Below, piece after piece: positions 17,089-25,901 of a stretch of DNA of 26,931 bases (within the stretch, counting starts at the first letter, position 1; every line of letters begins with the position of its first letter). The DNA lies in the NCBI GenBank assembly GCA_017460245.1, contig JAFUBK010000056.1, positions 1 to 26,931 on the forward strand. The letters are read 5' to 3'. Below the pieces are notes generated by a model. It worked only from the letters and a program-made list of their open reading frames with translations. It had not been told where the DNA came from and searched no databases. The translations under genes were made by a program, and so were the position numbers. This stretch comes from Bacilli bacterium (GTDB lineage: Bacteria; Bacillota_I; Bacilli_A; RF39; UBA660).

Positions 17089-17244
17089 GTCTAGAAGATG
17101 TGACAATTATGAAAAACCTACAAGTTAACGATAGGGAATCTAATTCAATGATGGTGTGAATGCTTAATATTTTAAGAATCCTAAAATTGTTGATGTGATA
17201 CCCACCTGGAATGCCCGGTTTTATCGTTAGAGTCCACTTCTAGA
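17089..17244 (+). ncRNA. ssrS: Probable 6S RNA
   Basis: Own promoter; closing stem tctagaag(17090)/cttctaga(17237) extended by gac/gtc; inner taacgata/tatcgtta and gggaatc/gataccc pairs; cccacctg-type segment. Lies right after aspS, the position of 6S-1 (bsrA) in Bacillus subtilis. No covariance search run. Confidence 0.75.
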
Positions 17245-17271
17245 TTTTTTGTTTGGTTATATATTAACACT

Positions 17272-17308
17272 AAAAAATCTAGCTATTTTGCTAGATCTTT
17301 TATTTTTT
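17272..17308 (-). terminator. Probable bidirectional terminator overlapping the rnhC stop
   Basis: atctagc/gctagat stem with an A-run on the left and T-rich tract on the right. Confidence 0.6.
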
Positions 17309-18242
17309 CAGTGTTTTTAAAGTTACATTTGGCTATTTCGTTTAAAATTGCATCTCCATGTTGTTTTACTATTTTTACTCCAGCTTCATCTACTAAGGTA
17401 GAAGCTCCTTTTGGAAGAGTAACACCGACCATTTTTGATAGTTTATCAAATTCTTTTATAAAAACATAACGACTTATAATCGCTCCGCACGCTACTGATA
17501 AACATTGATCTTCAGCTTTTGTTACAAAAGTGATGTTTTGCTGCTTTTCTATAGATTCATTTATATATTTGTAGAAAAGGGATGGAGTAGTAAATTGGTC
17601 TACTACAACATAATCGACATTTTTATATTCTTTTGTTAAATCTAATAATACTTTATTGTGCAGAATTGCTTTTATTTTATTCATATTCATATTTTCATTA
17701 TATTTACTATTATAATCTTTATTAGATAGAATCATACATGAATATGGTATTTTTTTTATGATTTCAGGAACGATTTTTAAAATGTGCTCGTCAGTCATTT
17801 TTTTTGAGTCCCTTACACCTAAATCTTCTAAAAATTTTATATTGTCTTTTGTTACGTAAGCGGCAGTTACAACAATTGGTCCAAAATAATCACCGGTTCC
17901 AACTTCATCTGAACCAATTGAATTACTATAATAAAGATTATTGTTTTTAGTTATTATTTTCTTTTTTCCTTCGCTTCCTGCTACTTTATATGTGACTTTT
18001 TTATCAGGATTTAGATGTTTTTCGGTTTCAATCCAAATATTGGCGTCAATATCGGCGCTTATACCTTGAAATACGGCTTTTCCCGATTCATATAAGGTAA
18101 CTACAGTGTCGGCTTCATTTGCTTGAAATACAGCATATGGAGGGGTTTTTTCGCGTTTTTTATCTTCAAAATATTCTTTCATTTTGTCCATTGTGTTTTC
18201 ACTTACTTTAACAGTATAAGTTTTTACTTCGTTTTTTGGCAT
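17283..18242 (-). CDS. rnhC: Ribonuclease HIII
   Basis: N-terminal TBP-like domain (VVTLYESGKAVFQG); IGSDEVGTGDYFGPIVV, LGVRDSKK, VVVDQF, TKAE...VACGAIISRY. ATG 18242 follows AGGTGA. Confidence 0.96.
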   Translation of the reverse strand: MPKNEVKTYTVKVSENTMDKMKEYFEDKKREKTPPYAVFQANEADTVVTLYESGKAVFQGISADIDANIWIETEKHLNPDKKVTYKVAGSEGKKKIITKNNNLYYSNSIGSDEVGTGDYFGPIVVTAAYVTKDNIKFLEDLGVRDSKKMTDEHILKIVPEIIKKIPYSCMILSNKDYNSKYNENMNMNKIKAILHNKVLLDLTKEYKNVDYVVVDQFTTPSLFYKYINESIEKQQNITFVTKAEDQCLSVACGAIISRYVFIKEFDKLSKMVGVTLPKGASTLVDEAGVKIVKQHGDAILNEIAKCNFKNTEKIKDLAK

Positions 18243-18258
18243 AGTATCACCTAAGTAC

Positions 18259-18287
18259 ATTTTAACATAAAAACAAGTTGCTTACAA
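18259..18287 (-). promoter_or_regulatory. Sigma-A promoter of rnhC
   Basis: Minus strand TTGTAA-17 nt-TAAAAT with extended TG. Confidence 0.6.
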
Positions 18288-18424
18288 ATTCTATTTTTTG
18301 TTATGTAAGTAGTGGAAATGGAAATAAAATAAAAAATTATAGTTTTTCTATGGTTTTATTTTTGTTTTAAAATAATGTTAATTGTGATATACTTATTTAT
18401 GAAAGGTAGAGTATTGGTGATGAT

Positions 18425-19141
18425 ATGAACATACTTGATATTTTGGTTATTATTCTTTTAATTGTAGGTGCAATTGTTGGCTATAGACAAGGCTTTACTA
18501 AAAGTTTAGTTAATTGTGTTGGTTTGATTGCAGTTATTATTCTTTCATTTTTACTGAAAAATACGGTTAGTAAATTTTTGATGTTAAATTTACCTTTTTT
18601 TGATTTTTGGGGAATGATTAAGGGTGTTTCGGTTTTAAATATTGTAATGTACGAAACTATTGCTTTTATTTTAGTAATGGTTGTCTTATTTTTAGTTTTG
18701 AAAATTTTATTAGTAGTGACTACGGTTTTTGAAAAAATTTTGCAAATGACTATTATTTTGGGAGTCCCTTCAAAAATTCTTGGGGCAATTTTTGGAATAA
18801 TTAAATATTATGATATTGCATTTATTATAATGTATATTTTGGCTTTGCCGACTTTTGCGGATAGTGATATTGTTAAAAATTCAAAATTTCAAAAACCAAT
18901 ATTAGAAAATACGGTTGTTTTATCGACACTTATTGATAGGTCATTAACGGTATATGATGAATTTTCTGTTCTTGGCGATAAGTACAAAGAGAATGAAGAT
19001 AAAAATGGTTATAACTTTGAGGCATTGGATTTATTTTTAAAACATGATTTAGTAAAGTTGGATACAGTTAAAGAACTTGTTCAAAAAGGAAAAATAAAAA
19101 TAGATAATGTCGAGAAAATTTTGGACAAATATAAAGAATAG
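18425..19141 (+). CDS. CvpA (colicin V production) family membrane protein
   Basis: MNILDILVIILLIVGAIVGYRQGF start, four hydrophobic helices, SKILGAIFG motif. Divergent from rnhC, as yshB is in Bacillus. Promoter TGATATACT at 18385-18393. Confidence 0.85.
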   Translation: MNILDILVIILLIVGAIVGYRQGFTKSLVNCVGLIAVIILSFLLKNTVSKFLMLNLPFFDFWGMIKGVSVLNIVMYETIAFILVMVVLFLVLKILLVVTTVFEKILQMTIILGVPSKILGAIFGIIKYYDIAFIIMYILALPTFADSDIVKNSKFQKPILENTVVLSTLIDRSLTVYDEFSVLGDKYKENEDKNGYNFEALDLFLKHDLVKLDTVKELVQKGKIKIDNVEKILDKYKE

Positions 19142-19174
19142 TGATATTTGTGTTAAAAATGTTATGAATTATAG

Positions 19175-19201
19175 AAGATAGGTGTGGCGCCTATCTTTTT
19201 T
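19175..19201 (+). terminator. Intrinsic terminator after cvpA
   Basis: aagataggtg/cgcctatctt plus T-run. Confidence 0.85.
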
Positions 19202-19236
19202 GTTTAAATTTTGATATAATGATATAGGTGATATTG

Positions 19237-19701
19237 ATGAAACGAATTTTCATTGTTGCTGTAATTATAACTTTTATAGATCAAATAATTAAAAATGCTT
19301 TGTTTTTTAATTTTTCTTTGAATGAAAGTTTAACGGTGATTGATAATTTTTTTAATATCACTTTACTTGGTAATACGGGTGCAGCCTTTAGTATTCTTTT
19401 GGCAAATACTTCTTTATTAATAGCTGTGTCTGTTATTGCGATTATTTTGATTTATTGGTTTTTTATAAAAAATCAAGTTCTTGATAAAAAATCTCAATAT
19501 ATTTATGGTATATTATTTGGGGGAATTATCGGAAATTTGATTGATAGATTATTTAGAGGATATGTAATTGATTATTTAGATTTTACTATTTTTGGTTATA
19601 GTTTTCCAGTTTTTAATTTGGCAGATATTTGTATTACTATATCAATTGTTTTATTAATATTTTATATTTATAAGGGAGAAAAAAATGAAAATAGAAGTTA
19701 A
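19237..19701 (+). CDS. lspA: Lipoprotein signal peptidase II
   Basis: DQIIK, NTGAAFS, GGIIGNLIDR, GYVIDYLD, PVFNLAD. Promoter TGATATAAT at 19212-19220, RBS AGGTG. Start could be 19228-19237. Confidence 0.96.
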   Translation: MKRIFIVAVIITFIDQIIKNALFFNFSLNESLTVIDNFFNITLLGNTGAAFSILLANTSLLIAVSVIAIILIYWFFIKNQVLDKKSQYIYGILFGGIIGNLIDRLFRGYVIDYLDFTIFGYSFPVFNLADICITISIVLLIFYIYKGEKNENRS

Positions 19702-20569
19702 TAATTCAGATATAAGATTAGATGTTTTTTTATCAGAGACTTTAGATGTAAGTCGTAGTAGTGTGAGTAAGATGATAAAAAATGGTGAAGTTTTGGTTAA
19801 CGGTAAGGCGGTTAAAGGTGGTTATATGATTAGTGAAGATGATATAATTGAAGTTAATCATGAAGAAGAGCTAAACGATGTTTTACCAGAACAGATGGAT
19901 TTAGATATTGTGTATGAAGATGATGATGTAATTGTTGTTAATAAAGCAAATGGGTTGGTTGTGCATCCGGCTGCTGGTAATTTTCACGGAACATTAGTAA
20001 ATTGTTTGATGTATCATAGTAAATTAAGTGATGTTAATGTGCAGTTTCGTCCGGGAATTGTGCATCGTATTGATGCTTATACGACGGGGTTATTGATGGT
20101 TGCTAAAAATAATAAGGCTCATGAGTTTTTGGCAAAACAACTTGCTGACAAAACGACTTATCGTAAATATATTGCTTTAGTTTGGGGCGTTATTAACAAC
20201 GATACAGGGACTATTGATGCACCGATTGGCAGATCTAAGGCCGACCGAAAAAAAATGGCAATTGATGCTGATGGTAAAGATGCTGTTACGCATTTTAAGG
20301 TTTTAAAAAGATTTAAAAATGCTAGTTTGATTGAATTAAAACTGGAAACTGGCCGCACACATCAAATTAGGGTTCATATGGATTATATTGGTCACCCTGT
20401 GGTTAATGATCCTGTGTATGGACATAGAAAATTAATTGATGAGACTGGTCAGTGTTTACATGCTAAAGAATTGGGATTTGTTCATCCTAAAACTGGTAAA
20501 TATATGCAATTTGATAGTGCTTTACCAGATGAATTTTTGAATATTTTAAAACAGTTTGAGGAGGAATAG
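19685..20569 (+). CDS. rluD: RluA/RluD family pseudouridine synthase
   Basis: S4 domain (RLDVFL), VVNKANGLVVHPA, RPGIVHRID, LETGRTHQIRVH, CLHAKELGF; canonical lspA-rluD overlap. Confidence 0.93.
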   Translation: MKIEVNNSDIRLDVFLSETLDVSRSSVSKMIKNGEVLVNGKAVKGGYMISEDDIIEVNHEEELNDVLPEQMDLDIVYEDDDVIVVNKANGLVVHPAAGNFHGTLVNCLMYHSKLSDVNVQFRPGIVHRIDAYTTGLLMVAKNNKAHEFLAKQLADKTTYRKYIALVWGVINNDTGTIDAPIGRSKADRKKMAIDADGKDAVTHFKVLKRFKNASLIELKLETGRTHQIRVHMDYIGHPVVNDPVYGHRKLIDETGQCLHAKELGFVHPKTGKYMQFDSALPDEFLNILKQFEEE

Positions 20570-20570
20570 T

Positions 20571-21707
20571 ATGAATGAAGTTCTGACTATTGAAAATGAT
20601 GAACTGGTGATGAAGTTATTGAGATATTTTGTGGCTGAAAAAAATTATAATCCGATTATTATAAGAGGCGTTCAAGGCGAAATATGGCTTGAAAATATGG
20701 AGGAGGATTATAAAATTGTTAGAATTGTATCTCATTATATTCACAATGATACGCAGTTTGAATTTGATATTGCTAAGACAAAACAACTAATGAGTACAAT
20801 TAGAAAAAAAACTTTGTCTTTAAAAATGAATGTGCTTAGTATTTTTGTTAATTTAGGAGATAATGTTAATATGGAAAAATTTAATAGTATCCCTAAAATT
20901 TCAGTGGCTTCTGTTACTGATACTAAGGATTTAGAAAAATATCGATTTATACTTGATTCATTTCCTGATATTACTAAAAAGACTGTATTTAGTGAGAAAG
21001 GGTTGGAACTTTTTGTAAAGTTAACAAGCGATATTGCGGAAAAAAATGAGGATGATGCGAGAATGAATGAAGATGTATTTTCAATGAAAAAACCGGTGGT
21101 AACGGTTAGTTTGATTGTAATAAATATTATTGTATTTTTACTTTCTTATGTTTTTAATTTGATTGAAGTGTTTGGAGTAAGTCGCATGGGAGTGCTTCAC
21201 GGTGAATATTATCGTTTGCTTACAGGGATATTTTTACATGGTGGGCTGTTACATATTGTTTTTAATATGTAGGCGTTATACGTTATTGGAGCGCAACTGG
21301 ACAGTTTTCTTGGAAAATGGAAATTGTTGATTGTTGATTTATTAAGTGGACTTGCTGGCAGTGTGCTTTCAATTTTCTTTGGAAACGGAATAAGTGTAGG
21401 TGCTTCTGGAGCAATTTTTGGTTTACTTGGCGCACTTTTATATTTTGGATATCATTACCGTGTTTACTTAGAAACTGTTATTAAATCACAGATTATTCCG
21501 CTTATTATTTTAAATTTACTTATTGGTTTTTCTACACCTGGAATTGATAACTGGGCTCATATTGGTGGTTTAATTGGAGGAATACTTTCTACTATGGCTG
21601 TTGGTGTAAAATATAAATCAACGAAGTTTGAAATGACTAATGGTTGGATATTATATTTAGTTTATACAATATCTATCTTGTTTATGGTATTTAGTAGGGG
21701 AATATAA
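20571..21707 (+). pseudogene. Rhomboid intramembrane serine protease (GluP/YqgP-like) interrupted by in-frame TAG at 21270-21272
   Basis: The track ORFs 20556..21272 and 21324..21707 are in one frame. Read-through gives EYYRL..FLHGG..HIVFNM*ALYVIG..LG..SG..GASGAIFG..AHIGG. Nonsense allele or base-call error. Confidence 0.85.
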
Positions 21708-21733
21708 AAAATAGAACATAATGTTCTATTTTT
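21706..21733. terminator. Bidirectional terminator between rhomboid and the PgsA-like gene
   Basis: aaaaatagaaca/tgttctattttt inverted repeat between convergent stops. Confidence 0.85.
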
Positions 21734-22427
21734 GTTTGGTTAAAACTTTTGTTTTTTGATTATCGTTTGATGGCTGTATTAATTCATTTTTTAGTGCTTG
21801 TAATATTTCTATTTCATTAGTTATTGTAGTTTCGGCATTGTTGTTTGTTTCCTTATAAGCGTTTTTTTCTTTTTGAGCTTTTGCTATTTTGTTATATTGA
21901 TTGATGTTACTTAACTGAAGAATGGTTGTGGCTATAAGTGCAGCATCGGTAATGTGTTTTATTGTTTTATTATTGGAAGCTATGGTTAAGCATTCTAATA
22001 ACAATGATGCTGAAAGTAGGGCGGTTTTAACTTTACCTTCAAAGATGGTTGCGGGCTTTCCTCCTTCTTTGTATGATTTACTATTGATATAAGCAATTAT
22101 TGCTTCTAACGAAGCGGTTAAAGCTAGAAATTTATTTTTTGGTATAAGTGGTAATAGCATACCAAGTGAGAAAAATTTATCTGAAGTAGCATCTAATAGT
22201 CTGCCGAGTTCGGTTTGACCATTCATTTTTCTTGCAATTTTACCATCAAAAAAATCTGTTAAAGCAAAAGCTCCAGCTGATAATAAAGTTTCTAATGGTT
22301 TTCCAGCAAAAGTAAACGCGAGAATAACAAGTGGTGCCGGAATGCGTGAGGCGCTTAAAATGTTTGGTATTATGGCGTTTTTGTTTTGCAAATCTTTTTT
22401 TAATTGTTGTTTATCTAAATTTAACAT
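21726..22427 (-). CDS. CDP-alcohol phosphatidyltransferase family protein (PgsA-like) with about 55-aa C-terminal extension
   Basis: IPNILSASRI; signature DFFDGKIARKMNGQTELGRLLDATSDK; GKVKT. GGAGAGG RBS; promoter TTTACA-17-TATAAT at 22485-22457. Confidence 0.9.
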   Translation of the reverse strand: MLNLDKQQLKKDLQNKNAIIPNILSASRIPAPLVILAFTFAGKPLETLLSAGAFALTDFFDGKIARKMNGQTELGRLLDATSDKFFSLGMLLPLIPKNKFLALTASLEAIIAYINSKSYKEGGKPATIFEGKVKTALLSASLLLECLTIASNNKTIKHITDAALIATTILQLSNINQYNKIAKAQKEKNAYKETNNNAETTITNEIEILQALKNELIQPSNDNQKTKVLTKQK

Positions 22428-22596
22428 AGGTATAATCCTCTCCTGAAACTTTAAATATTATATCATTTTAAATAAATAATGTAAATTTTTTAAAAACATT
22501 ATTTTTGTGTCAAGTAATGTACAACAATGATTTTGATTATATACTTTGTTTAGATGCTTTGTTATAATAAATATAGGATGAATAGGAGGCGATTAT

Positions 22597-25500
22597 ATGA
22601 GTAAAAGATTAATAAATTTGTTTTTGATTTTTATTCTTGTTTTACCGTTTTTTGCTCCTATGGAAAAAGCCGAAGCTGCTAATGCATATTCTGTTGTAAT
22701 GGTATCTAATACTTCTAATAATGAGACTGTGGGAACTTATGCTACGTACAGTGAGGCGGTTAAGGCGATGAATGCTCAAACTTCTACTAGTAGTAAAGTT
22801 GCTTCGATTTATAAAAATGGCACGATTATTAATTCTAAATATGCGATTTTTAGGTTGAAACCTAATAATGGCACTGTAAATTTATATCAAAATTCTGGTG
22901 ATTGGAGTGCTTATACTTATACTAGGCCTTCTAGTATGACTGATACTGCTTTTCTTGATTCTAATGAGTCTAGAGCTTTAATAATGCTTAATGGTTTTTA
23001 TGGTTGGATAGACTTGGATGCTGGAGATATTATTCCTATTTCTTTGCTTGGGTCTAATGCGGTTAATATTACAGCTTCTGGACTTCGTTTAAGGAGTGAA
23101 GCTTCTACGAGCAGTAATGTTGTTGCTAATATAACTTGTACTAATTCGATATTTACTTATACTAGTAAAACAACTAATGGTGGTTATACTTGGTATAAAA
23201 TTAATTACAATGGTAAAGAGGGCTGGGTTGCTTCTGGAAGCTGGCTTTCTGAAACATCAAGTGCTAGTTTAAATACTTATTATTATCGCGATAGTTCTGG
23301 CAACTTGTTACATAGATATGCATATCATAATGGGACAAGTTATGTAGATTATTTTACTAACTTAGGACCAACACCTACTTATTTAACTGAAGGAGTGCAT
23401 TATTATAGTTTTGATGGCGGAATTTATTTTTATACAACGTTAACGAGTATGCTAGATGATTATAAACAAGGTAGTTATGCAAGAAGTATTAATCCTAACA
23501 ATCCTAATTTTGCTTATTACTTATTTTTACCTAATAAATCTGTTTCCAAAGTTTCGGCTGCTGAACTTGATAGTCAAATAACGGATACCAATTCTAAGCT
23601 TTATGGTCAAGGAAAATATTTTAAAGAGGCTGAAAGTTTATATGGAATGAACGCTTTATCGGCATTTTCTACAGCAAAAAATGAAAGTTCTAATGGAACT
23701 AGTAAAATAGCAATGGATAAGAATAATGTATTTGGATATGGTGCTAATGATTCTTGTCCTTATGCGTGTGCTTATAGTTATAATAGCGTTAGAGATTCTA
23801 TTATGGATTATGCTCAAAAAGGTCTTTCTAGTTATATGACGGCTTCAGCTAACAATTATTTTGGAACTCATGCGGGTAATAAAGGTAGTGGTCGTAATGT
23901 AAAATATGCTTCTGATCCGCTATGGGGTGAGACGCAGGCTGCAATCGCATATTCTACTGATTTAAAAGTAAATAAACGTGATTATTTAGCTAATACTATT
24001 GGTGTTACTAAATATGGCAAATACAATATACCTGTTTATAAGGAAGCTAATGATAATGCGGTTATATATAAATTACAAAATAAAAATTCATCATTTAGAG
24101 TTTACAATGTATCGGTTACAGTTAGTGATAAAGTAGATGGGTATTATAAAGTGTTTTCAGACGATTCTAATTATCAATATGGCTATATAAAAGAAAGTGA
24201 TTTATATGTTTCTAATAATCAACCGGTTATAAATGTTAGTGATAAAACTGTTAGTTTAAATTCTAATTTTAATGTGATGGACGGTGTAAGTGCTAGTGAT
24301 AATGAAAATGGTAATTTAACTAACAGGGTAACTGTTTCTGGCAATGTTGATACAAGCAAAACTGGTGCTTATAATGTAACTTATAAAGTTACAGATGATA
24401 GTAATTTTAGTGTTTCTAAAACTGTAAAAATAACTGTCCAAGGATCTTCTGAACCTATTATAAGTGCGGATGATAAGACAATTAGCCAGTATGATGATTT
24501 TGATTATATGGAAGGCATTAGTGCAAAAGATGATACTGATGGTGATATTACTAATAAAATTGTTTATGATAAAACTGTAGATACAAGTAAGGCCGGTGTT
24601 TATAATGTTACTTATAAAGTTACAAACAGTAATGGCAAAACAACTGAAAAAACTATTAAAATAACGGTTTTAGAAAATGAGAAACCAGTTATTGAAGCTA
24701 GTGATAAAGTAATTAATTTAAATAGTAATTTTAATGCTTTAGAAGGTGTTAAGGCTACGGATATGGAAGATGGTGACATTACTGATGCTCTTGAGGTTTT
24801 AGAAAATACAGTTAAAGTTGATACTGTTGGTGAATATAAAGTAAATTATGTTATTAGTGATAAAGCGGGCCAAAGTGTTACTAAAACTATTACGGTTATA
24901 GTTAATGAAAAACTACTTAAAAAGGTAGATTGTGATTTCTATTTAGATTTTTTAAAAAATATTGATGGGAAATTGACTATAAGTGGTTACAATACTATTT
25001 CTGATATGGAATTTGATAATTTATCATTTGAAATTATTTTTGAAAATCAAAATGATGGTAGGACATATGTGCAAGAATTGGAAAAATTAGATATTCCTAC
25101 TATTCCTGTGTATGAAAATTCTTGGTTTTATGGAAACATTGATGTAGATGTAATTCCACAAGGTGATTATTTAGTTTATGTTAAAACTAGTTCTACAGAT
25201 TATTATTCTTTGTCTATTGTTCAAAATATGCTTTTAAATGAGCAGATTACTAGTTATAATACAGAAAATAAATATGTGACAATTTCAAATAATTATTTTA
25301 GGGAGGATATTCCTACAGAATTTATGATAAGAGACACACTCGTAGGTGTTAAGGAAACTGATTTTAGTACTAATCAATATAATTATATTGAAAACATTGA
25401 AATGAAAAACGGCATTGTTAATATGCGAGGTGCTTCTTATTCTGTTGGAATGGATATGGGAAATGATTCTAGCATAAAAAGAACTATTATTTTCGAAAAT

Positions 25501-25818
25501 GTAAATACTTTTAAGACTTATTCATTTGATTTGGGTTATTTAGATCGTGGCAGTTTTGATATTGAACTTATTGCTGCTGATAAATATGGTAAAGTTAAAA
25601 ATCATGCTTGGTATGAGAAAAATATTGATTTAACTTCTTTGGAAAAAGGAAGATATGCTATTTATGTTTCCAATGAAAGCAACATTAAAGATTTTGGTGA
25701 ATATAATGATTTATTATTTACTGATTTAAGTAAAGCTAAATGTCAATATAATGATAGGATATATGAATTTTCTTTAAATGAAAAATTGCGTAATAGGGTA
25801 GAACTTATTATTAAATAG
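22597..25818 (+). CDS. Secreted modular cell-wall hydrolase: SH3b + GH73-type glucosaminidase + 3 Ig-like (DUF5011-type) + 2 C-terminal repeats
   Basis: Signal peptide ending AEA; SH3b (LRLRSEAS...WYKINYNGKEGWV); GH73 motifs NES, NNVFGYGAND, YASDPLWG; three P(V/I)I..D..DG.(L/I)T...G.Y.V.Y.V units at 24223-24903. Promoter TGTTATAAT at 22560-22568. Confidence 0.85.
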   Translation: MSKRLINLFLIFILVLPFFAPMEKAEAANAYSVVMVSNTSNNETVGTYATYSEAVKAMNAQTSTSSKVASIYKNGTIINSKYAIFRLKPNNGTVNLYQNSGDWSAYTYTRPSSMTDTAFLDSNESRALIMLNGFYGWIDLDAGDIIPISLLGSNAVNITASGLRLRSEASTSSNVVANITCTNSIFTYTSKTTNGGYTWYKINYNGKEGWVASGSWLSETSSASLNTYYYRDSSGNLLHRYAYHNGTSYVDYFTNLGPTPTYLTEGVHYYSFDGGIYFYTTLTSMLDDYKQGSYARSINPNNPNFAYYLFLPNKSVSKVSAAELDSQITDTNSKLYGQGKYFKEAESLYGMNALSAFSTAKNESSNGTSKIAMDKNNVFGYGANDSCPYACAYSYNSVRDSIMDYAQKGLSSYMTASANNYFGTHAGNKGSGRNVKYASDPLWGETQAAIAYSTDLKVNKRDYLANTIGVTKYGKYNIPVYKEANDNAVIYKLQNKNSSFRVYNVSVTVSDKVDGYYKVFSDDSNYQYGYIKESDLYVSNNQPVINVSDKTVSLNSNFNVMDGVSASDNENGNLTNRVTVSGNVDTSKTGAYNVTYKVTDDSNFSVSKTVKITVQGSSEPIISADDKTISQYDDFDYMEGISAKDDTDGDITNKIVYDKTVDTSKAGVYNVTYKVTNSNGKTTEKTIKITVLENEKPVIEASDKVINLNSNFNALEGVKATDMEDGDITDALEVLENTVKVDTVGEYKVNYVISDKAGQSVTKTITVIVNEKLLKKVDCDFYLDFLKNIDGKLTISGYNTISDMEFDNLSFEIIFENQNDGRTYVQELEKLDIPTIPVYENSWFYGNIDVDVIPQGDYLVYVKTSSTDYYSLSIVQNMLLNEQITSYNTENKYVTISNNYFREDIPTEFMIRDTLVGVKETDFSTNQYNYIENIEMKNGIVNMRGASYSVGMDMGNDSSIKRTIIFENVNTFKTYSFDLGYLDRGSFDIELIAADKYGKVKNHAWYEKNIDLTSLEKGRYAIYVSNESNIKDFGEYNDLLFTDLSKAKCQYNDRIYEFSLNEKLRNRVELIIK

Positions 25819-25839
25819 GAGATAATTCTCCTTTTTTTT
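25817..25839 (+). terminator. Intrinsic terminator after the hydrolase
   Basis: aggaga-taat-tctcct plus T8. Confidence 0.8.
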
Positions 25840-25866
25840 GTTTTATTTTTATATGTTATAACAATT

Positions 25867-25898
25867 AAAAAAAGCACACCGAATGGTGATGCTTATTT
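25867..25898 (-). terminator. Probable terminator of the PASTA gene
   Basis: aagcacacc/ggtgatgctt stem preceded by an A-run (T-run on the minus strand). Confidence 0.65.
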
Positions 25899-25901
25899 AA
25901 C

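Noticed and set aside
17089-17244. tRNA, SRP RNA, tmRNA or T-box identity for the aspS-downstream element
   Set aside because: No cloverleaf or TΨC motif, no SRP helix-8 motif, too short for tmRNA, and not upstream of a gene on the same strand.
21270-21272. Genome-wide TAG recoding (code 15 or pyrrolysine)
   Set aside because: TAG terminates mutS, xfp, rnhC, cvpA, rluD, the PgsA-like gene and the hydrolase at expected ends, several directly before terminators.
21324-21707. Independent 127-aa gene starting at TTG 21324
   Set aside because: No RBS, begins mid-TM helix, and is the in-frame continuation of the upstream rhomboid.
25856-25865. Palindrome TGTTATAACA as an operator
   Set aside because: Single copy between convergent terminators in AT-rich DNA; expected by chance.
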